From contig CAIJZX010000031.1 in NCBI GenBank assembly GCA_903825245.1, positions 14,413 to 78,412 of the forward strand: a stretch of 64,000 nt of DNA. Reading direction: 5' to 3'. The translations under genes were made by a program, and so were the position numbers. The notes under the pieces are model-generated. The model was given only the letters and a program-made list of their open reading frames with translations, did not search any database and was not told the DNA's origin. This DNA is from Candidatus Kerfeldbacteria bacterium (lineage in GTDB: Bacteria; Patescibacteriota; Patescibacteriia; SBBC01; CAIJZX01). How positions within the stretch are numbered: position 1 is the first letter of the stretch; the number at the start of each line of letters is the position of its first letter. Positions 60,948 through 64,000 of this stretch are shown piece by piece.

Positions 60948-61577
60948 ATGCGTTACACCCGTTTGGTTGTCCTGTTTGGTGGTGTGCTCGTCGTTTGCAG
61001 CTGTCTCACTTCATGCGGAGAGAAGGGTGCCATTTCGAATATGGCGCCGACTGCCCAGATTGCAGTGGTCAATTCCGATTCACTGCCGATCATTGACGGT
61101 CTGTCCCCGCCGAACGCCACGCCGCCGGATTCGGTCGTGGCGAAAGCAGAAGCGTATTTCCGCAACCGTCAGACCACTCCGTTTTCCCTGTACGTAGCCG
61201 GCGTCTCAGGATACACGATTGCCAGCGTGGCAAATTCCTGGTTGGGCGTCCCTTACTACCTGGGTGGCAACACCAGGTCGGGCATCGATTGCTCGTGGCT
61301 GGTCTACCAGGTCTACCATGGCGCCGGCATCACGTCCTATCCGTACATGCCGACGGCCAAGATGAAGACCTATGGTCACTTCATCTGCGTCAACTGGTCA
61401 AACGACCCGGGAGATATCGTCCTGTTCGGTGGTCTCGGCCATACCGGCATCTACATGGGCGGTGGCTGGATGGTCGACGCCAACAGTTACTACGCTTACC
61501 ACAAGGTCATGTGGGACAATCTCAACGACCCGTACTGGCAGCAGTTCCACCCGTATCCAGTTCGTTACGTTCCGTAG
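60948..61577 (+). CDS. NlpC/P60 (C40) peptidase lipoprotein (cassette gene)
   Basis: LTSC lipobox; LGVPY..GG...GIDCS, PGDIVLF, HTGIY.G. Confidence 0.9.
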   Translation: MRYTRLVVLFGGVLVVCSCLTSCGEKGAISNMAPTAQIAVVNSDSLPIIDGLSPPNATPPDSVVAKAEAYFRNRQTTPFSLYVAGVSGYTIASVANSWLGVPYYLGGNTRSGIDCSWLVYQVYHGAGITSYPYMPTAKMKTYGHFICVNWSNDPGDIVLFGGLGHTGIYMGGGWMVDANSYYAYHKVMWDNLNDPYWQQFHPYPVRYVP

Positions 61578-61597
61578 TCTCTCTCCGGCGCTTCATT

Positions 61598-62737
61598 TCA
61601 ACGAAGCGCCGTTTTTCTTGTATCCGCCCCCACTGCCTCGCTGATATTGGAAAAACCATCTTGCTTCAACAGCCACACCAATCCCCTGTTAATCTCACCA
61701 ATAACTTGAGGTCCTTCAAAAATCATACCGGTAATCAGCGCCACCAGTGACGCCCCAGCGCGAATTTTTTTGTAGGCATCGGCAGCGGTAAATATTCCGC
61801 CAACACCAATCAGTACACTTTTTCCGCCAGTGATTTTGTAAACGTGTTTCAGTGTTTCGTTTGAAGAATCCTGAACAATTTTCCCGCTCAAGCCGCCGTC
61901 GACCGGAACCTCGTGATCATGAACATGTCCGTTGTCACGACGCTTTGTCAGGTTGGTGCAGATATATCCGGTGATATAGTGTCGCTGAGCAACGACAATA
62001 ATGCCATCAAGTTCCTCAACGGTACAATCCGCTGGCAATTTGATAAATGTGGGCACAGTGTGAATCATCTCGGTTAAGGCACCAAGCAACCGATCAAGCC
62101 TAGCCGGATCGATAAACGGCTCGCCGCCGGTGGTATTTGGGCAACTGATATTGATGACCCGCGCTTGACCGATGTCACGGAAATTATTGGCCGCGCGGAC
62201 ATAATCAGCAATTCCTGCTTCTTCACGATCAAAGTCCGGATGATTGGCCTTGGCAATGCTGATGAACATTGGCACGTCTGTTTTTTTACCATGCAATCGC
62301 GCCGCGACGTTGGCACTGCCGCTGCTGTTCAAACCGTAATGCACCACTAGTCCTTGTGATTTTTGTAAACGCCACAGACGCGGTTTTTCATTTCCTACCG
62401 ACGGGCTACCGGTTACCGAACCGATTTCCATAAAGCCGAAACCGACTGCCGGTAAAATGGAAATGAGTTGCCCTTCTTTATCGAAACCCGCCGACAAGCC
62501 AACCGGATTACTAAATGTCATCCCGGCGACAGTCGTGTTCAGCATCGGATGTTGAAACCCAAAGACCTTGCTTGTTTTCCACCGCAGTAAAGAATAGCGA
62601 CCAAGCAGTTTACCAACACCAGTCATTCGGTCGTGTATGAATTCCGGATCAAACAAAAAAAGGATCGGCTTTAAGATATACCGATATAACCAGTGAACAA
62701 TCGCGTCTCGTGTCGCGCCGGCGGTTTCAGCAGCCAT
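61598..62737 (-). CDS. pyrD: Quinone-dependent dihydroorotate dehydrogenase
   Basis: NPVGLSAGFDK, GN.KPRL.RL, NISCPN, GGLSG, IGVGGI. Confidence 0.92.
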   Translation of the reverse strand: MAAETAGATRDAIVHWLYRYILKPILFLFDPEFIHDRMTGVGKLLGRYSLLRWKTSKVFGFQHPMLNTTVAGMTFSNPVGLSAGFDKEGQLISILPAVGFGFMEIGSVTGSPSVGNEKPRLWRLQKSQGLVVHYGLNSSGSANVAARLHGKKTDVPMFISIAKANHPDFDREEAGIADYVRAANNFRDIGQARVINISCPNTTGGEPFIDPARLDRLLGALTEMIHTVPTFIKLPADCTVEELDGIIVVAQRHYITGYICTNLTKRRDNGHVHDHEVPVDGGLSGKIVQDSSNETLKHVYKITGGKSVLIGVGGIFTAADAYKKIRAGASLVALITGMIFEGPQVIGEINRGLVWLLKQDGFSNISEAVGADTRKTALR

Positions 62738-62739
62738 GG

Positions 62740-63207
62740 TTATGATTTCTTGTTCTCGTCCGCCACTTTCACCTTCCGCATCTTTTTCGGCGCTTCGGTA
62801 CTATGCAACACTTCTTCCACCGTACGCTTAAGATCGTGCGGATCGAGATTGGCTTTGACAATATAGCGATCAGCACCGAGCTCATTGGCCAGGCTCATGT
62901 GCTCGTCGGAATCCAAATTCGATAGGACAATAATGCGCGTTGATTCTAAGCTGGGTGTTCCTTTGACCAAACGTAAAATATGAAAACCGCTCGGTTCATG
63001 GAAGTTCTCCACCTGCATTTCGCCGCTCGGTGTATTCGGAAGGAGCAGGTCGAGCAGGATTACTTGCGGCCTAACGCTGACCACTTTCGTTTCAGCGGTT
63101 TCCACATCGGCGGCATTATGCACGTCGTATGTCGATTGCGCCAAGGCCATGGTATAGAGCGACACCAGAATCGGTTCATCTTCGACGAGGAGAATGCGAG
63201 TGGACAT
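62740..63207 (-). CDS. Single-domain response regulator
   Basis: ILLVEDE, LLDLLLP, IIVLSNL, YIVK. Confidence 0.88.
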   Translation of the reverse strand: MSTRILLVEDEPILVSLYTMALAQSTYDVHNAADVETAETKVVSVRPQVILLDLLLPNTPSGEMQVENFHEPSGFHILRLVKGTPSLESTRIIVLSNLDSDEHMSLANELGADRYIVKANLDPHDLKRTVEEVLHSTEAPKKMRKVKVADENKKS

Positions 63208-63264
63208 AGGGAAAGTATATACTAATCTCGCCCAGTCGGCAAAGAAACGTAAATTGTGAATCCC

Positions 63265-63367
63265 GCCCCTCCATAGCCACCCCATGCTCGCTTCGCTCGA
63301 CCCCTCCAAATACTTTGGAGGGGTGTATATGGAGGGGCAGTTCACGCCGAGGTGTGAACGGGGTGGC
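63265..63367. repeat. Nested family A REP elements abutting the DUF559 gene
   Basis: GCCCCTCCATA/TATGGAGGGGC, ACCCCTCCAAA/TTTGGAGGGGT, GCCACCCC/GGGGTGGC. Confidence 0.8.
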
Positions 63368-63368
63368 T

Positions 63369-63749
63369 TTACCGCATTGCAGTATTCTTCATCATCAATT
63401 CGTCAACGATGTTGGTCAAATATTCAATCACGCTCTCCATTCTCCAATACACGTCCGCGTTCGTTACTCGAGCGAGTCGAACACCGCGTGCTGTTAAATA
63501 CGCTGTACGTTCTCGATCAAGAGCTAATCCAGTTTTTGTATAGTGTTGCGATCCGTCAACTTCGACCGCTAAACGAATTGCCGGGCAGTAAAAGTCGACA
63601 ATAAAGATACCGATACTTGTTTGACGACGAAACTTTACCCCGCAAAGACCATGTTTTCGCAACACAAACCATAACCGACGTTCAGCCTCAGTCGGAAAGT
63701 TGCGCATATGGCGCCGTCGATGACAAAGATGTTGCTTCGAAGAAAACAT
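63369..63749 (-). CDS. DUF559 (Vsr-like) endonuclease
   Basis: T.AE..LW, KFRRQ..IG.FIVDFYC, VEVDGSQH, D.ER. Confidence 0.9.
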   Translation of the reverse strand: MFSSKQHLCHRRRHMRNFPTEAERRLWFVLRKHGLCGVKFRRQTSIGIFIVDFYCPAIRLAVEVDGSQHYTKTGLALDRERTAYLTARGVRLARVTNADVYWRMESVIEYLTNIVDELMMKNTAMR

Positions 63750-63824
63750 GGCCTAGACACAGTTGTGCCAAGTCCGCTTTCAACGTAAACCATTCCGAGC
63801 TACACGTCAAGTACGGCTGATGAT

Positions 63825-64000
63825 TTATTTTGCTTTCGTAACCTGCGTCACAACGTCCGCTGGAACAAGCTCAATATTATTCATCGGTGCATTCAATGGC
63901 AACGTAAACTGGAACGTACTGCCTTTACCTTCACCGTCGGATTCAGCCCAAATTTTTCCGCCGTGGGCATCAATGATCGATTTAGCGATAAAAAGCCCTA
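63825..64000 (-). CDS. Sensor histidine kinase, C-terminal HATPase end (5' part outside window)
   Basis: [33 protein letters not shown]; TAA at 63825-63827. Confidence 0.9.
   Translation of the reverse strand, partial: GLFIAKSIIDAHGGKIWAESDGEGKGSTFQFTLPLNAPMNNIELVPADVVTQVTKAK

Overview
64 kb of a small-genome bacterial chromosome, very probably Patescibacteria/CPR. This is inferred from the short thrS and pheS, tandem gpmI, a single UvrD-nuclease fusion, SD-poor core genes with very short leaders, and a TTCGG-N6-TTCGG operator before dinB. Core genes: thrS, miaA, gatB, ssb, dinB, msrA, tmk-thyA-folA, secE-nusG-rplK-rplA, gyrB, pheS/pheT, rnhA-recJ-gpmI-gpmI-eno-pgk and pyrD. There are two surface-glycosylation islands and no rRNA, tRNA, CRISPR array, integrase or IS transposase. 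The most notable signals are non-coding. (1) About 13 unrelated solitary genes share one expression module: TTGAC-16/17-TAnnnT promoter, boxA-like GTTCnTTCCA motif, GGAGG, usually with their own terminator. (2) A T-box riboswitch with an abnormally short, two-hairpin Stem I precedes thrS. (3) A duplicated structured motif and a five-copy TGCGACGGC(GC) motif lie around the ssb/NUDIX/RHH-regulator locus. (4) Four distinct palindromic repeat families occur, two abutting small nuclease genes (GIY-YIG, DUF559), and one copy sits in frame at the start of dinB. All calls are by eye; no database search was run.
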